64,000 nucleotides of DNA, from positions 32,001 to 96,000 of IMG/VR virus record IMGVR_UViG_3300020595_003017; one strand, written 5' to 3'. Under the pieces are notes generated by a model, which was not told the DNA's origin, did not search any database, and saw only the letters and a program-made list of their open reading frames with translations. Position 1 is the first letter of the stretch. The number at the start of each line of letters is the position of its first letter. This document shows positions 10,382-19,345 of this stretch, in pieces. The DNA is from a virus. The position numbers and the translations under genes are program-made.

Positions 10382-10414
10382 CACCCGCAGGGGGGCACGG
10401 GGTGACAGGTGCCC
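10382..10414 (+). other. predicted H-type RNA pseudoknot between ssb and recA
   Basis: CACCC(10382-86)/GGGTG(10399-403) and GGGGCAC(10391-97)/GTGCCCC(10408-14) are interleaved; no U-tract follows. Confidence 0.5.
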
Positions 10415-10437
10415 CTCCTTATGGAAATGGAGATTAA

Positions 10438-11508
10438 ATGGGAAACAAAGCTGGAAACAGCCTTGTAAGTGATTTGCGCAGCGAATTAAACAAGGCAGCT
10501 AAAGAAAATATTGCATATGACTTGCATGGGGATAACCCAACAGACGTCAAGACTTGGATTTCCACCGGCTCAACGCTTTTGGATTATATTATTTCCAACC
10601 GCCGAGACGGGGGGATCCCTGTTGGCAAGCTCACCACGATTGCTGGTGAATCTGCTAGTGGCAAGAGTCTTGTTGTCACTCAGATCCTGGCCAACTGTCA
10701 GAAGATGGGAGGCGTTGCTGTTTATATTGATACGGAGAACGCAGCATCCCCAGATTTTATGGAACAACTAGGACTTGACACAAAGAACAACTTTATGTAT
10801 GTTCAACCTGGCACGATTGAAGAAGTGTTTGAAACTATTGAACGCCTCATCGGACTCATCAGGGAAAAAGCACCTGACCGCTTAGTCTGTATTGTGTGGG
10901 ACAGCGTTGCTGGAACCCCAGTCAAAGCCGAGGTAGAAGGGGACTATGATCCCAACAGTCGTATCGGTCTGACAGCCAAGGCACTAGCCAAAGGTATGCG
11001 GAAAGTAACGGAGACACTCGGCAAAGAGCAGATCGCCATGGTTTTCACCAACCAGTTGAAGACCAACATCGGCGTGATGTTTGGAGACAACCGAGTGGAG
11101 CCAGGTGGCAAGGCTCTACCCTATCATGCTTCCAGTCGTATCTGGCTGACCCAGCACAAGGGAAAAGCCAACGGTCAGATTCTAAACGAGAAGAAGCAGG
11201 TCATTGGTTTCCATACCAGTGCCAAGACGATGAAGTCTCGCTTCGGACCATCACCAAGGAGTTGTCAGTTTGATGTATTATTTGACCTTGCTAACGACCG
11301 TGTTGGCGTTGATGATGAAGGTTCCTGGCTTAGTGCTATCGCTGGCACGCCTGGCTGTATTCGCAGCGGCGCTTGGTATACTATCAATGTTGACGGGGAA
11401 GATAAAAAGTTCCAAAGTAAAGACTTTTCGAAGCTCTTAGAAGATAAGAAGTTTAAGGAAAGAGTTCTTGACATCCTAGAGGATGAGTGTAGAATAGGTA
11501 AGAAGTAG
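10438..11508 (+). CDS. recA: RecA/UvsX-like recombinase
   Basis: ISTGSTLLD, Walker A GESASGKS, VYIDTE, IVWDSVA, FTNQL, PGGKALPYHAS. Confidence 0.95.
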   Translation: MGNKAGNSLVSDLRSELNKAAKENIAYDLHGDNPTDVKTWISTGSTLLDYIISNRRDGGIPVGKLTTIAGESASGKSLVVTQILANCQKMGGVAVYIDTENAASPDFMEQLGLDTKNNFMYVQPGTIEEVFETIERLIGLIREKAPDRLVCIVWDSVAGTPVKAEVEGDYDPNSRIGLTAKALAKGMRKVTETLGKEQIAMVFTNQLKTNIGVMFGDNRVEPGGKALPYHASSRIWLTQHKGKANGQILNEKKQVIGFHTSAKTMKSRFGPSPRSCQFDVLFDLANDRVGVDDEGSWLSAIAGTPGCIRSGAWYTINVDGEDKKFQSKDFSKLLEDKKFKERVLDILEDECRIGKK

Positions 11509-11532
11509 AGATACTACTCTTACGGAGACCCC

Positions 11533-12489
11533 ATGAAAAGATTGCTGATTATTGATGGACAAAATATGTTCATCCGTAACTATGTCATGTCCCCTCAGTT
11601 GGATATCAACGGAAATCCAATTGGGGGGCTGACTGGTTTTATGCGCTCCCTTCAGAAAGAAGTACGACGTGCCAAGCCTGACCGAGTGGTCATCTGCTGG
11701 GAGGGCCCAGGCGGTTCACAAAAACGCCGGGAGAAGAATAAGAATTATAAACTTGGGCGCAAGGCTCCTAAGCTCAATCGTGAGTATGAATTTGCCACAC
11801 CCGAAGCAGAGCGGGAAAATAAATACGAACAACTCATGCGACTAATTGAATATCTAGAAAACCTTCCAGTGCTCCAGATGTCGCTTGACAGTGTAGAGGC
11901 TGACGATATCATTGCCTGGTTGTGTCACTGTAACGAGTACGCCGAATGGCAGAAGATCATCGTATCTAACGACCAAGATTTTTTGCAGTTGTGTGACGAT
12001 AAAACTATCCTTCTACGACCGGGTAAAAACGAACAGGTTCTTAATAAGAACAAGGTCTTAGAGGAATATGGAATCCATCCTCGCAACTTTGCCTGGGCTC
12101 GTGCAGTTGTTGGAGATAAGTCTGACAACTTAGATGGTGTTAAAGGTCTTGGTCTAAAAACCATGGCTAAAAGATTTCCCTTCCTTTCGGAAAATAAAGA
12201 CTATGGCCTCGACGACATTATGTCGCACGCAAGAAATAATAAAAATAAAATTAAGGCATATCAAAATGTTGTTGATAATGAAGAAATTATCGCCCTAAAT
12301 TATGAGATTATGCAGCTATATATCTCTACCATATCACCGCAAGGAGTTAACAAACTCAAGTATGCGATTCAGAACGACGGGGTTGATCTAAATCGCACCA
12401 AAATTAGGACAATGCTTCTCAAGGATGGTATCGGTACTCTTAATATTGACGAACTTATGTTGATGCTAAACTCTCATAAAAAAGTTTGA
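11533..12489 (+). CDS. 5'-3' exonuclease / flap endonuclease (T4 RNase H-like)
   Basis: LIIDGQNMFIR, EADDIIAWL, SNDQDFLQL, GDKSDNLDGVKGLGLKT. Confidence 0.9.
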   Translation: MKRLLIIDGQNMFIRNYVMSPQLDINGNPIGGLTGFMRSLQKEVRRAKPDRVVICWEGPGGSQKRREKNKNYKLGRKAPKLNREYEFATPEAERENKYEQLMRLIEYLENLPVLQMSLDSVEADDIIAWLCHCNEYAEWQKIIVSNDQDFLQLCDDKTILLRPGKNEQVLNKNKVLEEYGIHPRNFAWARAVVGDKSDNLDGVKGLGLKTMAKRFPFLSENKDYGLDDIMSHARNNKNKIKAYQNVVDNEEIIALNYEIMQLYISTISPQGVNKLKYAIQNDGVDLNRTKIRTMLLKDGIGTLNIDELMLMLNSHKKV

Positions 12490-12543
12490 GAGCAGCCTTC
12501 ACATTTTCGTTAGATGAGTTATAGTAAGGAACAAGGAATACAA

Positions 12544-14031
12544 ATGCCCGAACAACAGTACGACACATTCAGCAAGTTCGGAAAGTCGTTCCAAGAAAAA
12601 TTAGTAAAGACAGTCCTCTTTGATCGCAATTTTGCGAATCAGATGGAAGAGGTATTGGATACCAGTTATCTAGAACTAAAGTATCTTCAGGTTTTTGTAG
12701 ACCTGATGTTCCAACATAAGCAGTCCTATCCGCACCCAACCTATGAAGCAATGGTTTCAGTTGTGCGTACACAGACCGAAGATTACTCAGATAGTATTAT
12801 TAAACAAGTCATTGAGTTTATGGCTCGCATCAAGAGCAATGCTATTGGTGATGACGACGAAGAATACGTCAAGGAAAAGTCCTTAGACTTTTGCAAGAAG
12901 CAGAAATTAAAAGAAGCCATCCTTAAGTCCGTTGACCTTCTCCAGTCCCAGAGCTTTGATCAGATCCAAAAGGTTATCAACGAAGCTATGAATCTTGGAG
13001 CCGATAATAACCATGGACATGACTGGCACAAGGACGTTCTTGATCGCTTTGAGCTAAAGATGCGCAATCCTGTTTCTACCCAGTGGGACGAGATTGATAT
13101 GATTACTAAGGGTGGGCTTGGTAAGCGTGAGCTTGGCGTGGTGGTTGCTCCAACTGGCGCAGGTAAATCCATGGCTCTTGCTCACCTGGGTGCTCATGCA
13201 GTGATTAAAGGCAAGACCGTGGTCCATTATACGCTGGAGCTTGCCGACACCGTAGTTGGCCAACGCTACGATTCCTGTATTACAGGCATTGATTTAAAGA
13301 ATTTGATGTCTATGAAAGATTCCATCTTGGGGGTGATTGAGCACATCCCTGGGCAACTCATTATCAAAGAGTATCCAACCAAGTCAGCATCCACTCGTAC
13401 AATCTCAACGCACCTAGAGAAACTAAAGCAAAAGGGTATCAACCCTGATATGATTATCGTGGACTATGCTGATCTTTTGAAACCAACAGCCTCCGGGTTC
13501 AAGACCCAGGAGCTACGCCACAGTCTTGGAAACATCTATGAAGAACTTCGAGCCATTGGCCAAGTTTGGGATATCCCAGTGTGGACAGCATCGCAGACGA
13601 ATCGCAGTGGATTGAACGCCGAGGTTATCACGATGGAGTCCATCAGTGAAGCATTTAGCAAGTGCTTTGTAGCTGACTTTATCTGTTCCATCTCCCGCAC
13701 GGTTGAGGATAAGACCGAGAACAAAGGTCGCATGTTTGTGGCCAAAAACCGTAACGGTGTTGATGGCATTGTTTACCCAATGGAGATTGATACAGCCAAG
13801 GTTCATCTGCGAGTGCTCCCACCTGACGAGCACTCGACAATAGATGCTGTGGTGATGAAGACCAAACAAGAACAAGATGAACACCTACGCAAGAAGTATC
13901 AGAAGTTTAAAGAAGAGCGCCGCAAACAACAAGCGGACGATAAAAAAAAAGTGAATGAAGAGAAGAGCCTTAAAAATGAGTTACAAGATTTAGCAAAAAA
14001 AATAAAATCTGAGGAGCAAGAAGCAGTATGA
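12544..14031 (+). CDS. replicative helicase, DnaB/T4 gp41-like
   Basis: Walker A APTGAGKS, YTLEL, IIVDYADLL, WTASQTNR, VAKNRNG; the start at 12544 follows TTCACA-16-TATAGT and an AAGGA RBS. Confidence 0.9.
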   Translation: MPEQQYDTFSKFGKSFQEKLVKTVLFDRNFANQMEEVLDTSYLELKYLQVFVDLMFQHKQSYPHPTYEAMVSVVRTQTEDYSDSIIKQVIEFMARIKSNAIGDDDEEYVKEKSLDFCKKQKLKEAILKSVDLLQSQSFDQIQKVINEAMNLGADNNHGHDWHKDVLDRFELKMRNPVSTQWDEIDMITKGGLGKRELGVVVAPTGAGKSMALAHLGAHAVIKGKTVVHYTLELADTVVGQRYDSCITGIDLKNLMSMKDSILGVIEHIPGQLIIKEYPTKSASTRTISTHLEKLKQKGINPDMIIVDYADLLKPTASGFKTQELRHSLGNIYEELRAIGQVWDIPVWTASQTNRSGLNAEVITMESISEAFSKCFVADFICSISRTVEDKTENKGRMFVAKNRNGVDGIVYPMEIDTAKVHLRVLPPDEHSTIDAVVMKTKQEQDEHLRKKYQKFKEERRKQQADDKKKVNEEKSLKNELQDLAKKIKSEEQEAV

Positions 14032-15899
14032 AAGATCAAGAAATTTCAACCAGGATATTATCCGATATCACAGTGTACATGAAGTATGCCCGTTATTTGC
14101 CTGAGTTAAAGCGTCGAGAAACTTGGGAGGAACTTGTTGCTCGTAATATGGAAATGCATATGAAGAAGTACCCAAATCTCAAGCAAGAGATTAAGGATAA
14201 CTACCAATTCGTATATGATAAAAAGGTTCTCCCATCGATGCGATCCATGCAGTTCGCAGGGAAACCTATTGAAATCTCTCCTAACCGTGTGTTTAATTGC
14301 GCTTATGCTCCCGTGGATGACTGGCGTGTATTCGGCGAGATTATGTTTTTGTTACTTGGTGGAACTGGTGTCGGTTACTCGGTCCAACAACATCATGTTG
14401 ATGAATTGCCAGAGATCCGTAAACCTAATCCCAACAGAACTCGGAGGTATTTAGTAAATGATAGTATTGAAGGATGGGCTGATGCCGTCAAGTATCTTAT
14501 CCGTAGTTACTTCTTCGGTGGCTCACGGCTACGATTTGATTATAGCGATATTCGCCCTAAGGGTGCTCGCCTTGTAACGTCTGGCGGCAAAGCCCCAGGA
14601 CCCCAACCACTGAAAGAGTGCTTGGTCAAAGTGGAAGGTGTTTTAACTGAGAAGAGTGATGGTGAAAAACTGTCGGCCATTGAAGTGCATGACATCGTTT
14701 GCCATATTGCCGACGCTGTTTTGGCTGGAGGCATTCGCCGTGCTGCTCTCATCTCTCTTTTTTCCGCAGATGATAAAGAGATGATTGCTTGCAAGTCTGG
14801 CAACTGGTGGGAGACTAATTCACAGCGAGGACGAGCCAACAACTCCGCTGTGCTTTTGCGGCACAAAGTAACAAAAGAATTCTTCTTAGATTTGTGGAAG
14901 CGAGTGGAAGCATCCAATGCCGGCGAGCCTGGTATCTACCTGTCCAACGATAAGGACTGGGGAACCAACCCGTGCTGCGAGATTGGGCTGCGACCATTTC
15001 AGTTTTGCAACCTGACTGAAGTCAATGTCAGTAATATTGCTGGACAGAATGATCTAGAAGAACGAGTGAGAGCCGCATCTTTTATCGGCACACTCCAAGC
15101 TGGCTACACAGACTTTCATTATCTCCGTCCAGTTTGGCAGCGGACCACCGAGAAGGACGCCCTTATTGGTGTGTCTATGACTGGTATCGCTTCCGGTCGT
15201 GTGCTTCAAGATGACATTAGTTTGACGGATGCTGCCAACGTAGTGAAAGAGGAAAATGTTCGTGTTGCAGATATGATTGGAATCAATCACGCAGCCCGCA
15301 CAACCTGTGTTAAGCCTGCTGGAACCACCAGCTTGACCCTAGGAACTTCCAGTGGTATTCACGCCTGGCACAATGATTATTATATCCGCCGAATTAGAGT
15401 TGGCAAAAATGAGCCAATTTATTGGCACCTTGCTGTCAACCACCCTGATCTGGTTGAGGATGAGTACTTCCGCCCACATGATACAGCCGTAATATCAGTG
15501 CCCCAGCGGGCACCCGAAGGTTCTATTTTGCGTGATGAAAGTGCGTTTCAGCTTTTGCGTCGGGTAAAGAAGATTACCAAAGAATGGATTAACCCTGGCA
15601 AACGCTCTGGACAGAACGGCCACAATGTCTCTGCGACTGTATCTTTACATGAAAATGAGTGGACTGATGCTGGCGAATGGATGTGGGATAACCGTAACTC
15701 ATACAACGGATTGGCTGTTCTTCCGTACAACGGTGGAACTTATCAACAAGCACCGTTTGAGGACTGTTCGAAAGAAAAATACGAAGCCATGTTATCGGCT
15801 CTTGAAAACGTTGACCTCACAAAGATTATTGAAGAGGATGACAACACCGATCTCAAAGGCGAGGCTGCTTGTGCCGGGGGTGCGTGTGAAATTACTTAA
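14028..15899 (+). CDS. nrdJ: class II (adenosylcobalamin-dependent) ribonucleotide reductase
   Basis: LPSMRSMQFAG, FNCAY, GTNPCCEI, FCNLTEVN, TTCVKPAGT, C-terminal ACAGGACEI. Confidence 0.9.
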   Translation: MKDQEISTRILSDITVYMKYARYLPELKRRETWEELVARNMEMHMKKYPNLKQEIKDNYQFVYDKKVLPSMRSMQFAGKPIEISPNRVFNCAYAPVDDWRVFGEIMFLLLGGTGVGYSVQQHHVDELPEIRKPNPNRTRRYLVNDSIEGWADAVKYLIRSYFFGGSRLRFDYSDIRPKGARLVTSGGKAPGPQPLKECLVKVEGVLTEKSDGEKLSAIEVHDIVCHIADAVLAGGIRRAALISLFSADDKEMIACKSGNWWETNSQRGRANNSAVLLRHKVTKEFFLDLWKRVEASNAGEPGIYLSNDKDWGTNPCCEIGLRPFQFCNLTEVNVSNIAGQNDLEERVRAASFIGTLQAGYTDFHYLRPVWQRTTEKDALIGVSMTGIASGRVLQDDISLTDAANVVKEENVRVADMIGINHAARTTCVKPAGTTSLTLGTSSGIHAWHNDYYIRRIRVGKNEPIYWHLAVNHPDLVEDEYFRPHDTAVISVPQRAPEGSILRDESAFQLLRRVKKITKEWINPGKRSGQNGHNVSATVSLHENEWTDAGEWMWDNRNSYNGLAVLPYNGGTYQQAPFEDCSKEKYEAMLSALENVDLTKIIEEDDNTDLKGEAACAGGACEIT

Positions 15900-15946
15900 A
15901 GGGAAACAAAAACTATAATATAATATAAAGAGGAAAGGAGTCTAAC

Positions 15947-16180
15947 ATGGCTACTCTAAACTTTATTATGCCCCGTGAGCTACAAGAAGGATTTTGTAAT
16001 CGAGAGGCGAAACAAAACAAGGTGAAACATGCGTGGGTTCCCTCTGGGCAGACCCGTGCTATCTTTGGCGACCAGATAGCGATCGAGTGTTATTGTAAAC
16101 ATTGTAATAAACGAGAATGGACCCAGACTTCTCGCTTTGAGTTTGAAATGCTACAGGATTATTGGGAGGAATTAAGATGA
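15947..16180 (+). CDS. small putative Zn-binding protein
   Basis: CYCKHC motif; AAGGAG RBS. Confidence 0.5.
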   Translation: MATLNFIMPRELQEGFCNREAKQNKVKHAWVPSGQTRAIFGDQIAIECYCKHCNKREWTQTSRFEFEMLQDYWEELR

Positions 16181-16428
16181 AACCTTTAAATCGCAGACTA
16201 CTTATTGAAATAATCGAGGAGGATCCACAACAGGGTGCGTTCTTTGTACCTACAGAGGAGAAGGTTGAAGACTTCTTACCGGCTAAAGTATTGGACTGCG
16301 CTGACGATTGCGCAAAAGACTTAACCGGAAAGACAGTTGTCATCCACGCTTTTGGTAGAGAGGAAGTAACCGTTAAAGGTAAAAGATATACTTTTATTGG
16401 TGAAAGTCATCTGATCTGTGTGGAGTAA
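16177..16428 (+). CDS. groES: GroES-like co-chaperonin
   Basis: MKPLNRRLLIE...GAFFVP...VTVKGKRYTFIGESHLI; GGAGG RBS. Confidence 0.7.
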   Translation: MKPLNRRLLIEIIEEDPQQGAFFVPTEEKVEDFLPAKVLDCADDCAKDLTGKTVVIHAFGREEVTVKGKRYTFIGESHLICVE

Positions 16429-16431
16429 TGT

Positions 16432-17130
16432 ATGAAAAAGATTTTGAGCGAGTGGAAGAAGTTTTTGAATGAGTCTGGTTTCAATAGGATTAGAAATATT
16501 CTTCAAGGCAAGGTGGCCTCGGTAAACACCATAGGCTTCATGACTGGTGAGAATCCTATGGCGCAAAAGCTATCTCGCAAACAGAATCAAAAACTAAACA
16601 AAGAGTTGATGGCATTCATGCGAGAGCGAGGCTATGGACCTATCCGCATCAAAGGACGCTTTGGAAACAAGGAGCGGTCACTAATGATTCCCAACATTAC
16701 TAGAGAAGACATGGTAGAGGCTGGGCAATATTTCAACCAAGAATCTGTTATCTGGGGAGAAAAGACAGGCGAAGATAAATTTGTCTTCGAATATATTGAA
16801 GGTAACAAGACCTTACAGAAAAGAGACGCTGTTCTGTTTGACGATGAGGTACAGGCTCGTGAAGATTTCTTTTCCCAAGAGAGGCAATCAGCCGGCCGTA
16901 AGTTTTTTATTCCGTTCTTTGATGAGCAGTATGAGATGGAAGAGGGTTTTGAATATGATTACGACTTACCCAGTCTAAACGAAACCCAACGGGAACAGAA
17001 CAAAGAACTAATCAAAGAAATAAATGAGCGAGTTAAAAACACTTTAGATACTAATCGAACACCAAAGTCTCGCTGGCACCATCGTCAAATATTGAAAATT
17101 AATCTTCGGGAACTAAAAAATAAATTATGA
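16432..17130 (+). CDS. DUF3293-like protein with a putative capsid-targeting N-terminus
   Basis: FMTGENPM...N.KL..EL...GY.PI...G......ERS...NQESVIW; N-terminus MKKILSEWKKFLNE. Confidence 0.55.
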   Translation: MKKILSEWKKFLNESGFNRIRNILQGKVASVNTIGFMTGENPMAQKLSRKQNQKLNKELMAFMRERGYGPIRIKGRFGNKERSLMIPNITREDMVEAGQYFNQESVIWGEKTGEDKFVFEYIEGNKTLQKRDAVLFDDEVQAREDFFSQERQSAGRKFFIPFFDEQYEMEEGFEYDYDLPSLNETQREQNKELIKEINERVKNTLDTNRTPKSRWHHRQILKINLRELKNKL

Positions 17131-17627
17131 ATTCATTAGTTGAAAAGTTTAAGGACTTTATTACAGAGCAGCGTGCTCGTAAAGATCAGTTTGACCGGAA
17201 CGGTCTCATTAAGTTGTTTCACTATTCTCGCCCCGATGTAGAAAGCCTGATGCTGGACCCAGAATTCGGCGCTCAATCCTATTCCAGAAATGATTATATT
17301 GTTTCAGACGTTCCGAGAGTTTTCTTTTATGTAGACCCGAATGACAAAGAAAGATATTTCTATGGAGCAAACTTATTTACTGTTGACGTTCCGACAAATA
17401 AGGTGTATGATCTTACGGCAGATAAAGAAGGATATATTGAAAAGGTAAGACACCCTATATATGGTCTAAGAGATCGTGAGGAGTGGAACACCCTGTTAGA
17501 AACGATCAGAGAAGATTACGATGGTGTTTTTTATGACACAGGAAACCTTAAAATAGTAACTTGGTTTTACCCCATTGAGGTAAACCGCATATCATCAGAA
17601 GAACAAGCCCGACTTGAGGGCAGATAA
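17127..17627 (+). CDS. putative ADP-ribosyltransferase-fold protein with a capsid-targeting-like N-terminus
   Basis: LFHYS / RVFFY / LFTVDVP strand pattern; N-terminus MNSLVEKFKDFITE. Confidence 0.4.
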   Translation: MNSLVEKFKDFITEQRARKDQFDRNGLIKLFHYSRPDVESLMLDPEFGAQSYSRNDYIVSDVPRVFFYVDPNDKERYFYGANLFTVDVPTNKVYDLTADKEGYIEKVRHPIYGLRDREEWNTLLETIREDYDGVFYDTGNLKIVTWFYPIEVNRISSEEQARLEGR

Positions 17628-17642
17628 AGAAAGGTATAAAAA

Positions 17643-18605
17643 ATGAAAAGAACCGCTGAGTGCATTACCCCGCACCATCCTGATAAGATTTGTGATAGGG
17701 TATCAGACGCTGTTTTGGACGAGTGTCTCAGGCAAGATCCTAATTCTAGGGTTGCTATTGAGACCATGGGAGGACATCGAAAGATTGTCGTGATGGGCGA
17801 AATTACCACAGACGCTGAATTGGATATCCCCAGGATTGTAAAAAGTGTCTATGATGATGTTGATGAAATAGATGTCCACGTTGTCAAGCAGAGTAATTTT
17901 ATTTCTCAAGGAGTGGATACCGGCGGTGCTGGTGACCAGGGTATCATGGTAGGTTATGCCTGCGATGATAATCAGCAGATGATCCCGCAAGAGCTTTATC
18001 TTGCTCGGCAGTTATGCCAACTACTTTATGAAGACTATCCCTATGACGGTAAGACTCAGGTAACTTTAGATGATGGCGTTATTACTGCTGTCGTGGCAAG
18101 TTTTCAAAAGACTTCAGGCTTAGAGCTTTATAACCGGGTGGAAGAGTGGCTCGACGATCAAGGGTATAAGAACCCATCTGGCTCCGTTGAGATTCATTGC
18201 AACCCAGCGGGCGATTGGGAAGTCGGCGGCTTTGATGCAGACACAGGACTGACCGGTCGCAAATTGGTTGTTGATAATTATGGCCCTAGGGTCCCAATTG
18301 GCGGCGGTGCCTTCTCCGGCAAAGACCCTAGTAAGGTTGATCGCTCGGCAGCTTATATGGCTCGCCGCATTGCAGTTGACTATCTAAATAATCACGACGC
18401 TAAAGAAGTTTATGTTTACCTTGCTTATGCGATTGGGCACCCGGCACCTGTTCAAGCCACAGCTATCGTGGACGGACAGCATCATGATGTCGAGGGCTAT
18501 GACTTAACACCCAATGGTATCTCAGAATTGTTACAGTTACGAGAGCCAAAGTATCGCCAGACAGCCGGCTGGGGTCACTTTGGAAACGGTTTTCTCTGGG
18601 GCTAA
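17643..18605 (+). CDS. metK: S-adenosylmethionine synthetase (short form)
   Basis: HPDKICDRVSDAVLD, GAGDQG, DGKTQVT, DTGLTGRK, GGGAFSGKDPSKVDRSAAYMAR. Confidence 0.95.
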   Translation: MKRTAECITPHHPDKICDRVSDAVLDECLRQDPNSRVAIETMGGHRKIVVMGEITTDAELDIPRIVKSVYDDVDEIDVHVVKQSNFISQGVDTGGAGDQGIMVGYACDDNQQMIPQELYLARQLCQLLYEDYPYDGKTQVTLDDGVITAVVASFQKTSGLELYNRVEEWLDDQGYKNPSGSVEIHCNPAGDWEVGGFDADTGLTGRKLVVDNYGPRVPIGGGAFSGKDPSKVDRSAAYMARRIAVDYLNNHDAKEVYVYLAYAIGHPAPVQATAIVDGQHHDVEGYDLTPNGISELLQLREPKYRQTAGWGHFGNGFLWG

Positions 18606-18629
18606 TAACATCTTATGGGAGACGCAAAG

Positions 18630-18989
18630 ATGAGCGAAGAACAGAAAACAGTTAACACAGTTGCTGACGACTTGATTCCTAAGCCACCACCAAAGTTGGC
18701 ACCAAGAGGAATTACCAGTTTTACCGTATACCGCCAACACGACGAGACAGGAGTTTCGGGTGACGGTGTTGTTATTGAGGGAGTTGTCATGGCCACGGGT
18801 CAATGTGTTGTACATTGGCTTTACCCTCCACCCCGTGGTGGTATCGCTATCTTTGACAGTATGAGTGATTTTGTTAAGGTTCATATTGAACCACACCCAG
18901 CCAATCAAACCATCATCACTTATCAGGACGGACACAAAGATGTGTACGGGCACAAGCCTGATGAAGATAAAGAGGAAGAAGAAAAATAA
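18630..18989 (+). CDS. conserved phage hypothetical protein
   Basis: FTVYRQHDETGVSGDGVVIEGV...GQCVVHWL motif. Confidence 0.6.
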   Translation: MSEEQKTVNTVADDLIPKPPPKLAPRGITSFTVYRQHDETGVSGDGVVIEGVVMATGQCVVHWLYPPPRGGIAIFDSMSDFVKVHIEPHPANQTIITYQDGHKDVYGHKPDEDKEEEEK

Positions 18990-19033
18990 TACTTCTATTT
19001 AAAACAATTGGAGATCCCCACATGCTGGGTGGA

Positions 19034-19066
19034 GAGCAGGGCGGCTGGTGCCCTGCTCATTTTTTT
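19034..19066 (+). terminator. intrinsic terminator
   Basis: GAGCAGGGC/GCCCTGCTC 9-bp stem followed by a 7-T tract. Confidence 0.85.
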
Positions 19067-19119
19067 CTTGAACAATTTAGAATCTCTGCTATAATATACA
19101 TATAGAAGAGGAGAGAGAA

Positions 19120-19332
19120 ATGAAAGTCGGAGATCTTGTCAAGTTCACCAATCGCAGTCACAGCCTTTATCACAAGTATTCCAAGGGTGTAGGTCTTGTT
19201 ACAGAGATTGATCACATTGCTAAATACAACAGAGGCTCCCGCCAAGAATATCTTGGAGCTAAGGTCACAGTCCAGTTCCCAGAACTAGACAAACCATCAG
19301 TCGTTACAGAATTTTCACTACAAGTAATTTAA
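19120..19332 (+). CDS. small SH3/KOW-like protein
   Basis: MKVGDLVKF...GVGLV...VTVQF...LQVI; GGAGAGAG RBS. Confidence 0.7.
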   Translation: MKVGDLVKFTNRSHSLYHKYSKGVGLVTEIDHIAKYNRGSRQEYLGAKVTVQFPELDKPSVVTEFSLQVI

Positions 19333-19345
19333 AGGAAGGTAGTCA

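Noticed and set aside
10391-10414. Intrinsic terminator after ssb
   Set aside because: There is no U-tract after the stem and recA follows 23 nt later; reinterpreted as a pseudoknot
19005-19033. Possible small RNA between TCTATTTA and the 19034 terminator
   Set aside because: Only a 4-bp stem (CCCA/TGGG) and no family resemblance; more simply the 3' UTR of the upstream operon
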